Below, in pieces: positions 40,853 to 54,100 of a stretch of DNA of 64,000 bases; the first letter of the stretch is position 1; every line of letters starts with the position of its first letter. The stretch is from Phoronis australis. Lineage: Eukaryota > Animalia > Phoronida. Both the position numbers and the translations under genes were made by a program. Below the pieces are notes generated by a model. It was given only the letters and a program-made list of their open reading frames with translations, did not search any database and was not told the origin of the DNA. Location: positions 875,390 to 939,389 of the forward strand of contig NMRA01000025.1 of assembly GCA_002633005.1 (NCBI GenBank), in the 5' to 3' direction.

Positions 40853-41024
40853 AAGGACATTGAAATGTGGTGCAGATTTTTATATTTGCAGTATTTATTC
40901 ACTGGTGATATTCAATTCGTGCTTAGTTGGAAAGCAACATTTACCAAGTCAATATTTGAGCGGTTTGTTATGACCATTTGTTGTTCGCGTCCTTTTGTGT
41001 TGGTGTGTTGCAATGGTATGTGAA

Positions 41025-41180
41025 CAATGTGTTCAGTTAAACTATTAGTGTTCTGTAACATACAATGTGTTCAGTTAAACTATTAGTGTTCTGTAACATA
41101 CAATGTGTTCAGTTAAACTATTAGTGTTCTGTAACATACAATGTGTTCAGTTAAACTATTAGTGTTCTGTAACATACAAT
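41025..41180. repeat. 38-bp tandem repeat x4 in probable SDHC 3' UTR
   Basis: Unit acaatgtgttcagttaaactattagtgttctgtaacat, followed by AATAAA near 41189. Confidence 0.9.
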
Positions 41181-43851
41181 TCAGTGTAAATAAAACTTGA
41201 AAGTAGAACATTGTTTCTGTAGTTTTGGATACAGTGAAGTATGTGTCTTCAAAACTGGTTGCTGGTGAGAAATTGTTGAATTGCAGTGGTAATTCTAAAT
41301 TGTTGGTAACACTGTAAACAATCAACCACTGGATTTGTGCACATTTATGCTGGGCGTGCAAATATTTTTCAAAAACGTTTTTAAAGTCGCTCAGTTTTTG
41401 CACTAATGAGGTCACCTGGAATGCATTGATCTTAAACTGTAACAAATCAAGTTGACAAAATTCCTTCAGACTGTAAAATCAAGATGCAAACTATATTAGA
41501 AAAAAAATGCGAGATAAGGTCATGTGAACACACGACGGTGGAATGAACTGTCACTCTTTTCCAAGCTTAATGAGGTTTAGCCTTCACATAACTAAGGTGC
41601 CTCATTTCAGACGGGATCTCTCGGTGGAGCAGTTCGGGGGAAATGTCCTTTTGTCCCTTTATACGAAATAAATACGACACTGCCAAGTATTCATCAAAAA
41701 GCTCAAAATATTCGTGCATAGCACAGCACAGCAGTATCAAGACATTCGACCCAAACCACCAAAAATGTGAAAAAATACAATAGGATTGACCGCCATCGAA
41801 AGGGTGGAATTTTGAAGAACATGAAACCGCTATTTGTTAATTACACACAAGGACTATTTCCGATGGTTAGTTATAGAATAATGTTACTGCTTCCCATAGT
41901 ATCACAATAATAGCATCTCTTTTGAAAATGGTTACTATGAGTTGTTTCTAATGAATTACCACATGTGGAAAACACTGCTGTCGAGGTTACCTTTGGGGTG
42001 ACCGTGTACATGTCGAACTCGCAATAATAAACACATAGTTGAGCTTTTTTTAGATCAAGTTCAACTCGTGAACAGATATCTCGGAAATGAGCGACAATAC
42101 ACCTTACTATGAATGCTGAATATCCCATTTTCCACGGGGTTACCCGTCAAAAAATCTGCTTCTACTGGGTAACGAACTGAGGACTCGATATCTGTGGAAT
42201 TACTTTTTGCAGCCATTTGTTGTGTCATACATCCTACGAGCGACGTTTCTCAATTTTGCACGACATTTGGACAATTATATAATCGTCATCTTAGAAGAGC
42301 ACTAGACTAGCAATCTAGAGACCTGTGGTTCTATTCCCAGTTGGCGGACGAAGCGGTGGCGATAAGAAGGGGGTGGGTAGTTTGCCGAAGTCGAATTGGT
42401 TTGTGCTCCCCGAATTATTTTTGCCTTCCTACGGGTCTGTAGTTACATTAAGTTTGGAAAGAACTATCGTATCCGTTGTTTCTTGAGACCAGGCTTCTAA
42501 AGCGGTCTTTAATTGTCCTTTGTCAAAGAGGTGTTCCCATGGCTTCGAAAGAACTGGTTCTATGAAGTGACTAATTTTCACGGCCTGACAATTCTATGTG
42601 CCCAATGGCTTGGTCTCGGAATCACGATCCAGAAGATGGCACGTAACTAAAAAAAAGTCTTGCCTGGCTCAGTGAGTTTCACTTCTATTAATTCTGTACC
42701 GAATTTCTCATTTTATCGTGAGAATTGTTTTTTAGAGTTGAAAACAGCGCTCTTATATAGGTCTCACTTCGAAGGAGCTGGTCCGAGAATACGTCAATGC
42801 ATAGATTTTCCTTAGCAAATAAATAGTAAATCATTTGATATAAATCCTAGCTGTTTAAAAGGAGAGAGAGTTCTGCTAAGGGCATCCATGTCCTGTTGTT
42901 TCATTCAAGATATACATGGTGTCTTGAGTGTTAGAATCAGTCGCCTCTTTTCTGTTGTTGCACAATCGTTCAACAATTCATGTTAGAGTAAACAGAATCG
43001 AGTGATAACCGAGTCCATCACCATGTCACCTTCCTTCCAGTCACCGGGTCACCCTCCTTCCATCACCGGGTCATCCTCCTTTCATCATCGGGTCGTCTTC
43101 CTTAATGATATAAGCTTCCAAATTGTATTTGCCGGGCAGCGCATCTTTCATTTTCCAGGACGAAGTTCTTTCTTGGGGGCGTCAAGGGGCAATATACCTC
43201 TTTGCAGGAACATAAATCGGCCCTGTCAACTGTGGGGTGCACTGAATAGCCAAACGTGACACTGTTCCAAAAAACAAAAAGTAGCTGTGACCTGAATCGA
43301 AAGAAACTAAACTAGAAGAGCACTATTTGTGAAGTACACAAAGGTTCTATTGTCGATCGTTATATAGCTATTAAGATATCGATGCTTTTTCGCAACTGAA
43401 AGAGTTCCATGAAAAATGAAGATTGTTATTAGGAAAGTCGTAATGAAGGGAGAGTTGTTCGTAACTCCCACAATCGAAACTGTCGGAAGTATGACACGAA
43501 CTCACACAAAATTTTCTTTGTGCACTGTTCTCCAAAACGCTGTTAAGATTTGTTTTTAAAATGTTCCACTTTTACATGAGGGGCTATAAAAATCAGACTG
43601 TCATGATTTTTCTGAAAAAATCAAGTTACATGAAACAAAAGCTATAAAGGATAATTTATTAAACTGCAGCAGCGCTTTTGAGATTTCATCTTGAACAGTA
43701 TATCATTCAAATAAAACAATCATGTTGTTGTTACCGTTGTTTTGCTATGAACGTGCCTTTCTTTGTCGTTAAAATTTACTAAAAACGACATGATCACGTG
43801 ACCATTTGATGAGAGAGATTGGTACCAAATCAAATTCTACATGCTTTCCAC

Positions 43852-43890
43852 CATAGATTATAGTTGGCGGTCCATGTACTATAGTCTATG
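43852..43890. mobile_element. 39-bp minimal TIR element with 7-bp target-site duplication (P-element-like ends)
   Basis: tttccac|CATAGATTATAGT-13 nt-ACTATAGTCTATG|tttccac. Confidence 0.6.
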
Positions 43891-44459
43891 TTTCCACTGA
43901 GTGAAAATGTATAGTTTTGTTGATGTTTGGCTAAATACGCAGAGTTGTCGTTGAGGCCCAACATAAAGTGTTGATGAAATAGACCTCCGTGTCTACAGAT
44001 AGACACTAGAGGGTATGTACATTTCCTTCGTTTCAGTCCTTCAGTAGGCAAGCTTCTAACACAGGTTGATCATTTGCTTTCACGACACATTGCTTGCATA
44101 CACAGTTTTATGCAAACTGGCTATTTTAAAACTTTGGCTATTGTCTCTAATGTTGATAACAAATGACATAATTCCTGTTTTCCCAATGAAGTTTTTAAAA
44201 CTTCAAAAAAGATAAATATTGATTGTCAACTCATTTGTATCTGCGGGGGAAATCAAATGGCTTCAATTAATGCCTTTTCCAATAACTAATGTTATTCAAA
44301 TGGCTTCAATTAATGCCTTTGCCAATAACTAATGTTATTCAAAAATAGGAAATAAAAGGAACAGAATCAATTTTTCCTTATTTTATTTCACATAGGGTGT
44401 AGTCATGTATAAACACCAATACAGTTGAGTATTATGTTGATCAATGTGTTTATTGATAC

Positions 44460-47400
44460 TTAATATTTTGGTGGAGCGGGCGTCAAATGGGCTTTGACGG
44501 TGGCGACGGCGCTTTTCAGTTGACCCCAGAGGTCACCAAGGTCGCTCTTGTATCCGCGGAAGAATTCCAAGGACTCGTTAAGCGTCTGTAGAGTGGCCTC
44601 TTTGGCGTGGCCGATGAACTGTAATAACAGTAGTTTAACTCAGTGTCAGTGATCATTTGCTTCATAGCAGAGTCTACTATTGTCGATTGTCTGCTCATTG
44701 CTCTTACAGAGATTCGAACAATGAATATCAAATTGGGTCTACCCCCTTATAATGAACTTAAAGGACTTCCTCTCCTTTGCAGTTGTCCAATGAAAATTCG
44801 CATCAACAATATTTAAAACACACTTCTTCCCATTGTTTTAATTCTTTAATTATTTTGGAAGAAAAAAAAACGAATAACTATAAAATTTTTGGTATTTTCC
44901 TCTCAGGCAAATAAAACGACGAGAATGCAAAGGACGTTATAAAGGTACTCCGGATGTGAAACAATAAACAAAGGTCATGATTCCGATTGACGAAGTTATT
45001 TTTTAGTTTTTTAGTTTTACCCAGACTTCCTTCTATTGGTTTTAAACACGTATGCTGTGACATCATTTAGTATGTCGCCGAAGTTATATTTTAAAAGATA
45101 CGGAGTTGTTTTTCAGATACTCAACACGGGGTGTCATTGTCAAGTTTCAGTTTTAGATACCCGGAACGCCATTTAAAAATCCACCCACGCATTTTTTCTT
45201 GAATATGAAATTATGGCAAATATTTGCTATTTTTACATAATGTGCTCTCTTTTATGAGCCTTTTTGAGTGCCAAAAAGTGGCCCCACCGATAAGCACCCA
45301 AAATAGGACCTCCTTCCTTGTTCCCAATTAATGGCAGCACCCCCCCCCCCCCCNNNNNNNNNNNNNNNNNNNNNNNNNNNNNNNNNNNNNNNNNNNNNNN
45401 NNNNNNNNNNNNNNNNNNNNNNNNNNNNNNNNNNNNNNNNNNNNNNNNNNNNNNNNNNNNNNNNNNNNNNNNNNNNNNNNNNNNNNNNNNNNNNNNNNNN
45501 NNNNNNNNNNNNNNNNNNNNNNNNNNNNNNNNNNNNNNNNNNNNNNNNNNNNNNNNNNNNNNNNNNNNNNNNNNNNNNNNNNNNNNNNNNNNNNNNNNNN
45601 NNNCCCCCCCCCCCCCGATCCAACCCACCTCCTTAGCCAGCTGTTTGATGTTCTCCACGTGGGGCCGGGCAGCCTCGACATGAGCCTTGGTCAACTCCAA
45701 CAGGAATTCTCCCAACTCCTTGAACTTTCCGTGGAGTCCAGTGATCAACTCTCTGACGATGTCTTTGGCTTTGTCCACGATTCCATTGTACAAACCGGTG
45801 ACCACGTTCTTGATGATTCCACGGCGGACAAGAGCTTTGGTGACCACCTATTGTAAACAGAAACGATTTGAAGAGTATTGTGTTTTGCTGACTCAGGTGT
45901 TCAGTCTCATAGAAGAAAAAGTACGCATTTGTGTCAGTTTTGACGTTGCACCTGAGATAGACGCGATATGGACTCGATTGTAAATGAAGAACAACCATTG
46001 GCGGTTTCGAATAGTAGCATTAGCACCGTGACTCGGTAACAACAGAAGTAAGTTCCGTAAATTCTCCACAAGTAATTTTTGGGTTCCTTTTATCATGAAA
46101 AGTGAGCAAAAGAGAAACACGGAATGATTACCTCAGCAACAACTTCATCTTCAATGGCATCGTAGGCAACCAGATTGTCGGATGCTAAAAATAAAAAACA
46201 TTTGTCACTAGAGCAACTATACGGTAACAGAGAGTAATTGTTCCGTTTTAGAGGCATACGAAATGTATTTTAATATCTTTATCATATTCTTTTCCTGATT
46301 AGAGGACAAAAATGCAAACAGATTATTGTCTGTTTTATCATCATCGGATAACAACTTTAACTTTCTGTTGTAATAATTTGGAATTACTCGACTACATCAG
46401 AACTCAATTAGTTGAATTTAATGAATTTTTTAAAGAAAGCTAATGGCATAAAATATAATATTGCGTATTCCGATGATTTAATGAAAACCCCTGATGTACA
46501 CAGGACTACATGTAAAATGCATGAAAGAGATTGCATAGCACTATGCAAGAGTAAAATTGCCTTCACATTTATAACAATATTTTGACCTTTGGCAATGGCG
46601 CTTGATAATTATTTCTATATCAAATAAATGATATGTTCAGGACCCTCTACTCCGCCACTTTTGCATTGCATTAATAGATGAACATAACGTTCGCCCTGTG
46701 TCAGCCCATTGCCAGACCCTCCTCTGACGCTACCCTAGATCCTCGTCTGTGTTTGCCTATACGTACTGGACTTGAAGTAAGTCTTGATGAAATCAGCAAC
46801 CAGTTTCACAGCCGGAGACAGGTGGTCAGTTTTAAGAGTGGCAAGCTTGGCCTTCAGTTCATCAACGACCACCTTGATGTGACCCTTGGCTTTGCCACCA
46901 AGTTGCTTCAGATCGTTCACCAGCTGTTTGAATGAGGTGAACAACTTGACGATGTTCTGCAAGACACAAAATATAAATGACACCACTGGCCTAGACCGCG
47001 AAGGAAACAGGTCCACGTCTTTCAATAGTCCGAAATTGCAGTGCTTCATTAATTAGGCACTCCATTTTACTGCAACCTAAACACGGTAACATTGAAGTAC
47101 GTTGATTGCCACACGTGAACTTGTCTCAACATGTTACTTGTTGTGATATCGAATGTTTTTTAGCATCAAAACGAATTTAAGTAACACTGGCGATTGATAT
47201 GTAGCGGCCAAACGTTCTTGATGCTATAATTAAACAATCTTTTTAGTCGCCGATGGCGTGCTTGGTCTGTTTGGAGATGGAATCAGTTTTCTATCACAGT
47301 ATAGAATAATTTGAGACAAATTTTAGGTGGTAGACTAACTTAAACACTATATCTCATTCAGAAGCTATCGACGATGAAACTTTTGGTTAATATTTTTCAC

Positions 47401-49329
47401 CGTCAGCAGTTCTTGTTGTACAGCTGAATAAAGCAACACACGTGAAGATGCGAAAATTTATTTCAAAGTTGTCGGGATAATCAAGAATAGAAAGATTACA
47501 ATTTTGGGAATTATTTTTGTGCGACCCCCCCCCCTCTCGAACATCTACCGTACCTGTTTTCCTGAAGTAATGGCATTGATAAGTTTGTTGGTGACGTTGT
47601 CCAGCTTCTCGGATAGGGTAGCACCAATGTCAGTTTTTAGCTCACGGACCAACCTGGAAGTTATGATCGGATTCCATAACACTGTACATATTGCAAAAAT
47701 CGATATACAGAAGGACAACATCTTTCGTTGATTTCTGTGAGGTGTTTGGGTGGCTTGAATTGCTTTTAATTTCTTGACAATCTAAAAATATTTGTTTTCA
47801 ACTAGAAAAAAACAGTCAAATGCAGATTAAAAATGAAATAAGTCCATTTTAAGTAAAAAGATTATCCTTCAGCTACAGGCCGGCTCACATGGATACACTA
47901 GTAAATATTCAAAATGCTCGTGGGTATTACTGGTACAGTAGGGACATTTGGACATGCGAACAAAAACTCACAGAAGAATATTACTTCCTGTTATATATTT
48001 GCTCTTGATTAAGAGGTGCTGTAAAATGTTTTAATTTGCTAATTTTCCATAAAATTTTCTCGAAAGACACTGGCAGCCAGCGTAAAAGGGACGTGACGCC
48101 TTTCCAATAACTAAAATTGGTTTACTCGACCTGATAATGATAGTTCTGTCAGACATTACGACGAGCAGGTGATGCTTTTTTCAAACATCAGTTATTGTTA
48201 TCAATATATTTTTACGGCGTATGCAAAAATATTAGTCATTATAAGCTCGCATTTTTAAAAATTCGGGTGTCAGAGTACAGGAGGACATGTTTATTGAAAA
48301 GTGGCTTAAGAGTTAAAAGGACACTAAACCTTGTTTTTATGATTTCAACCAATCCTCGTTCAGTCACCTGCTAATGCATCATTGGTGTCAATCGTGAACG
48401 AAAAAAGCAGGAACCAACTAAAAACTCATACCCCCTATCTCACAAATTAGACATTATGATCCTTGGTCGATTGTCTTTTCCACAATTCCCGTGTAACTCG
48501 CTAGAAGCGCAGGTTACACGTGCCCGTTTAGACTTTGAAAGGAGTTTTTTAAAATATTCTTCCAAACTTTTGAGGGTTGACGAGGTTACAGAGCATTATT
48601 TTGTAGTAGAGAATTGGATGGAAAGTCGTTTTTAGTATCTGCTTATAGGCCAAAACCGGGTTTAGTATTCTTTTAAGTCAGAGATTTGCTCTTTCCGCGC
48701 TCCCACTTCACAATTTATGTATAAAGGTCTATCCATGTAATTATTGACACATCTTAGCCGGGAATTAATAAAAATTATCCAAGGAATTATGGGAATATTC
48801 TCAGAGATTTTTTTACTTTTGCTCAAGTGAGATTTACTTATTTTCCAGTTATAGTTGTGTGGAGCGTGAAGCCAAATTTCTGATTTAAATTCGTAGTCAC
48901 TTTTCATGTAACATGTAACAGACTCCTGGCCTCAAAGCCAAGAACACAGAATCAGTAGCAAGGAATATTTACAGTTGGCGTTCTTCATCTTCCAAATCTC
49001 TCAAAGAGATGTGAGAATGTTCTGTGGCGTGCACGGCCTCAACGGCAGCATCAATCTCGCTCTGGATTACTAGAAAACAAATATACGTTATAGCGGATAT
49101 GAAAACAATATTCAATGATTGCGAATTTTTAAATCAATTTTTGGATGGAGATGCAAATTATTGGTTGTTATGAACAAGTTGAAGAAAAAAAATGAAATTT
49201 TCAGCAATTTTGAATTTCTTTAAATATTTTCCTTGAACAAACTGTACTGTATAATTAGAATGACTTACGGGACTCAAAAAGTTCCGCTCTGGCACAAGCA
49301 AGCAAAGCAAAAACGATAAGGAACTTCAT
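44460..49329 (-). CDS. Unknown secreted 292-aa amphipathic alpha-helical protein (apolipoprotein-like or peptide-precursor-like), 7 coding exons
   Basis: Exons 49329-49269, 49069-48973, 47653-47554, 46956-46767, 46184-46132, 45847-45629, 44618-44460 splice in frame (879 nt) from ATG to TAA. Signal peptide MKFLIVFALLACARA; C/G-rich third positions against AT-rich introns; AATAAA just after the stop. An N-gap in the last intron could hide one more exon. Confidence 0.88.
45354..45603. other. Assembly gap flanked by poly-C tracts
   Basis: About 250 n. Confidence 0.99.
48317..48672. mobile_element. About 355-bp TTAA-flanked MITE (Kolobok-like)
   Basis: TTAA|AAGGACACTAAACC ... GGTTTAGTATTCTT|TTAA; second copy at about 59062-59418. 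Confidence 0.8.
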
Positions 49330-49746
49330 TCTGAAAGAAAAAAAGAAAAGTGATATAATTTATTTACCCTACGTCAAATGACAAGGATTCATTGCCTTAA
49401 TACAGCGTTCGCATGATGTCCGATCAGGTCAGATCAGTTTGATCCGCAGTCTCAAAAATGTTCACATTGAACGCTCATGTTAGCGTCGGTTCATTACAAG
49501 CTTATTACTTACTCGTTAGACGGCAGACGAGATATTAATGCTTTTGTAAAAGCTCGTTTTAAGCGTCCGATTTACTGTGCAGTCTGCCTTCATCTAAAAG
49601 TCCACATATGTATGCTATATAAGTCACCCAAGAAATATTACTTTCACCAATAAAAACTTGTCTATGCTACTTTTAAATATGACACCTGAAATGAAGAAAT
49701 TTAATTTCGTGGCATAGATATTTGAGCAATCTAATGATCAACTTAC

Positions 49747-50040
49747 ATTTTGGATGAATCTTGACGACTCAGCTGTGTTCGTGAGATGTGGACGAAGGAT
49801 TCGAACAAGAGTTTATATTGTAGTTCCTTATCATATTAGGTAAATGTGACGCATGCTTTCTTAAACTCGCGCATCACTCTGTTTATCTGCGCGTGCAGGT
49901 GACTGTTCCCTGCACACCTAAATTGTTACGCAAGAACGCCTATTGGCTGTTTCCACATTCTAAAGGTTACCCACCTCATGCCCCTATTAATCCACAGAGG
50001 CGACAAATTCCGCGAATCCTCAAGGATTGGAAATTTCACT
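49747..50040 (-). promoter_or_regulatory. TATA promoter and non-coding first exon of the secreted helical protein gene
   Basis: Minus-strand TATAAA 49817-49812, donor GTAAGT 49746-49741, GATA sites (49827, 49883), C/EBP-type TTGCGTAA (49926-49933), kB-like GGAAATTTCA (50029). Confidence 0.6.
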
Positions 50041-51123
50041 TTTTCGTGCTTGAAACTTAACCAATTCAAGAAATTCTTTACTGAATCGTAATTGATGCTT
50101 CCTAATTCGTGAGCCGGGTCAGGAATTTGTGACGAAGGGTTTTGTATTGTTTTTGGAAATTTTGGTATTAAATCATAATGAGAAATTCGAGGGTGTTGAT
50201 CAAACTGGTTGTCTACTCCTAGGCTCTGTAATATGAATATTATTCCAACACGTTCCTGTGTATAAATTAACTCGAAACAACAGTTTCGTAACTCAGCGAT
50301 GCCAAGGTTTGAAGGCTATTCGATGTACCGTAAATCGTGATTAATACCCCTGCCTAGTACTAGCCTACCTTTAGCGGGGATGTGAGGTTATCTATATTGA
50401 AAAACCTCTGCGCGTGCAGTAAAAGACGGGGCATGGTTCACATTACGATGATGTACGAGTTTCAAGGATGCCCAATTTTAATCATTAGACCCTACATCTT
50501 TTGGGAATGTATTTGCAATCAGGCAAACTATCATCACGATCTGCCTTATGATGCATGTTCTTAGGCCTGCTTCGTTTTTAAAAGTACGCCCGGGTGTAAT
50601 ATTGGGGTAACACTGTATGATGCAAGCATGTTTCTAATTTTGGCAAAGGCACGTTGTGAGTTATTTTACCAAGTAGTAATAGTATATAAATATATAACAG
50701 TAGTGGGTTCACAAAGAATTTAAATAGACACGAGTAGAAATGAAGAGGTGGAGGTAGAAAAGAACAAAATAAAGAGTGTAAAACAAATGAGTAACCAAAT
50801 ACTAATAACATGACAACATAACATCATAACATAACAACAATACATGGTGCAAGTGGCTAGAAAAATGACAGCCACTTTAATCAAAGATTACAGAATTAAA
50901 ATGTTCGAAAACGTAACATAACAGCGTTCACATACTTAAAATGGCTGCTGCGAATCTGGGATTGGAGCCTGGAGAAGTTAATGTATGACTTGAAGATGTG
51001 TAATGGGCAAATTAAAAGTAGATTTATTATTCTGAACATGACGTCATTTAATGTGTACATGCTGTTTGTTCAGTTTGAACCACATCACAAACACAGAGAC
51101 GTTCAGATCTTGGGTTCAAGACG

Positions 51124-54100
51124 TGACCGACCAGATTCAATTTTAATCTAGGTGATGATAACCTTACTAGCGATAGGCATCTACGTTGATGTTCTTGAGT
51201 ATCAGCACACTGTGATAATAAAACCATGCACTAAATAAGTTGCAAAACGTGTTTTGTGAGTATTTGGGAGGATGGCTAGTCTATAGTGTCAGTGAAGATG
51301 CGCTGGTCTGATTCATTCAGATATATAAAGCGTCGTAATACGCTCCCACACCGGACTGGTTAGTAGCTTTACTAATTACATGAATTAGGTCATGGTGTTC
51401 GAATTCGCTACTTCTTCTCGCTTCAGATGGTTTTTAAGGAACTTCGTTTTTGTTTCCCTTGAATCGTTTGTTTTACTCCCGGGGTTCCAATTTCTATTAA
51501 AACAAGGTGGTTACTGGCTGTGCTTCTTACACGACCAACATTTTCAAACTTATTGTTCAACGTTTTAAATCCGGGGTACGGGGTCTCACTGAAAGCCAAG
51601 TCTTGCAACTGAAAAAAGGGTTGACGACACACAAGTGCTCCAAACCGTTTTCGTGACAGCAAAAGCTGCGTCACTATGCTGAGAATTTGACTCCTTTTAT
51701 CTAATGTGTAGGAGAATATGAGACGGTAGAAAGACAAACTTAACTTCAGCTCCGAGATAACAATGATTCGTGTGCAAGACTCTTCAAATCAATTAAATTT
51801 ACAGCTGCTTCATCGTCGGTATTGACCGCAATTTATATTTCGTCGGATAAATTACAATTACAATGACTTACAATTACAATGCGCCTATCCTCTCAGCGTA
51901 GGATTTTAACACAGTAAGCTTTTGCAACAAATTTTCGCCGGTTGACTCGAGAGTAGTGTCATCCACGACTATTTTCCACTCAGCTGTCATTCGTAATTTA
52001 AATGAATGACCCAAAGATCGAGTGGTTTATGGCTCGCCGCTTAAAACATTTCAGCATCTTTTAGTATCAGTGGCGTTTTCCGGAAATATGAACAATGACG
52101 CTCAGTGTGAACTAAGTCGGGGAAAGTTCGGCACGGTGGCTCTCACGCAAGCAAGTTTTTATGACGTCATGCGTTACGCAAGCGAGTTTACGAGCAGTGA
52201 CCGAACAACATAGCACCAGGAAACTAAACCAATAAGTTCTAATTACGTCCCGGCAACACCGGATCCGTTCACAGGCGTGGTTATAGTGGTATGCTTTGTT
52301 CTAAACTAACGACGGAAGGAAGAAAGGAAACTTTAGAACCATTACAGGGCATGTAAAAATTAACTTGATGGGTTTTTCAATCTGTAGTTTATGGGACAAT
52401 ACAAAAAATTCCTGTTTTTGAAATTATGCTATCATGATAAGGATGCGCAGGATATGTTTTATTTATTGAGGAGAAATGGTAACTCTACATTACGAATCTT
52501 CCTGGAGACTGAAAATTTCATTCAATTCTGTGATGCGTTTTATGAAATTCAAAATGGAATTGAAATGATTTTGGTCAGTTTGCTAACTAGTAGTCAGGCT
52601 GGGTTTCCATCCATTTCTTTTGCCTAGGCAAACAATAGCAAGAGGCAAGAAAGGGTATAAGACACAGGTGATAGAAACCAACTCTGACCAAGGGTGCGCC
52701 CCCTTACGGCAACATCGCAGACTCACACAAAATCGTACCAAGGAGTGTACGAGGCAAAAGGTACCCGCTCATCCAATACCTTTACGGCTAACAGATGGCG
52801 TTGGATGCAATGATGCTTTACTAACAGGCAGCGCTGCTTACAGTCATGTGACATTCTTGTGAATCTTGTGTTGATAGAACATTAAATACAGACGTTTCTA
52901 CTTGGTGAACCAGTCAGCTGCCGTGTCTTGCCACAGCGAGTCCGGTCTGCTGGGCTCAGTGTTGTTCGCTAACGAGACACTGAACGAAAAAGAAAATATC
53001 GCAGAGAATAAAACCTAACATGTATATCACCATGTCTAATTCAAGCATAATTTTAAAAAATATAGTGGTTATGTTTCAACCTAATTAAAATTATGGTTGT
53101 GAAGTTGCCAAAATCTCGCCGGGCGGAAAAGTGGCCGGGCCCGGTTTAGTAGCCTCACCATGGTCACGTTCATTGAATATATATTTTACCCCAGCGTTTA
53201 GGCCGAGCAACCACAACAGCGTATATTATTAACACTTTCATTTTAATTATATGTTATAAATAGTTGTTACAAATGGGGTTTTAAACATGGAATGTCGGAC
53301 ACAAAGATTTCTTTTCCACACAAATTCGCCACTCATCAGGACATACACTGTCTGGTTCATGAACTCTCGTGACCTGTGGTTACAGTCAGCAGCAGCAGAA
53401 TGTAGGTCAAGGTTCTTNCGACCAGATTCAATTTTAATCTAGGTGATGATAACCTTAATAGCGATAGGCATCTACGTTGATGTTCTTGAGTATCAGCACA
53501 CTGTGACAATAAAACCATGCACTAAATAAGTTGCAAAACGTGTTTTGTGAGTATTTGGGAGGATGGCTAGTCTATAGTGTCAGTGAAGATGCGCTGGTCT
53601 GATTCATTCAGATATATAAAGCGTCGTAATACGCTCCCACACCGGACTGGTTAGTAGCTTTACTAATTACATGAATTAGGTCATGGTGTTCGAATTCGCT
53701 ACTTCTTCTCGCTTCAGATGGTTTTTAAGGAACTTCGTTTTTGTTTCCCTTGAATCGTTTGTTTTACTCCCGGGGTTCCAATTTCTATTAAAACAAGGTG
53801 GTTACTGGTTGTGCTTCTTACCCGACCAACATTTTCAAACTTATTGTTCAACGTTTTAAATCCGGGGTACGGGGTCTCAGTGAAAGCCAATTGTCTCGCA
53901 ACTGAAAAAAGGGTTGACGACACACAAGTGCTCCAAGCCGTTTTCGTGACAGCAAAAGGTGCGTCACTATGCTGAGAATTTGACTCCTTTTATCTAATGT
54001 GCAGGCGAATATGAGACGGTAGAAAGACAAACGTAACTTCAGCTCCGAGATAACAATGATTCGTGTGCAAGACTCTTCAAATCAATTAAATTTACAGCTG

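Noticed and set aside
45233-45683. Long ORFs with poly-X/G/P
   Set aside because: Artefacts of reading through the N-gap and poly-C; only 45629-45847 is a real exon.
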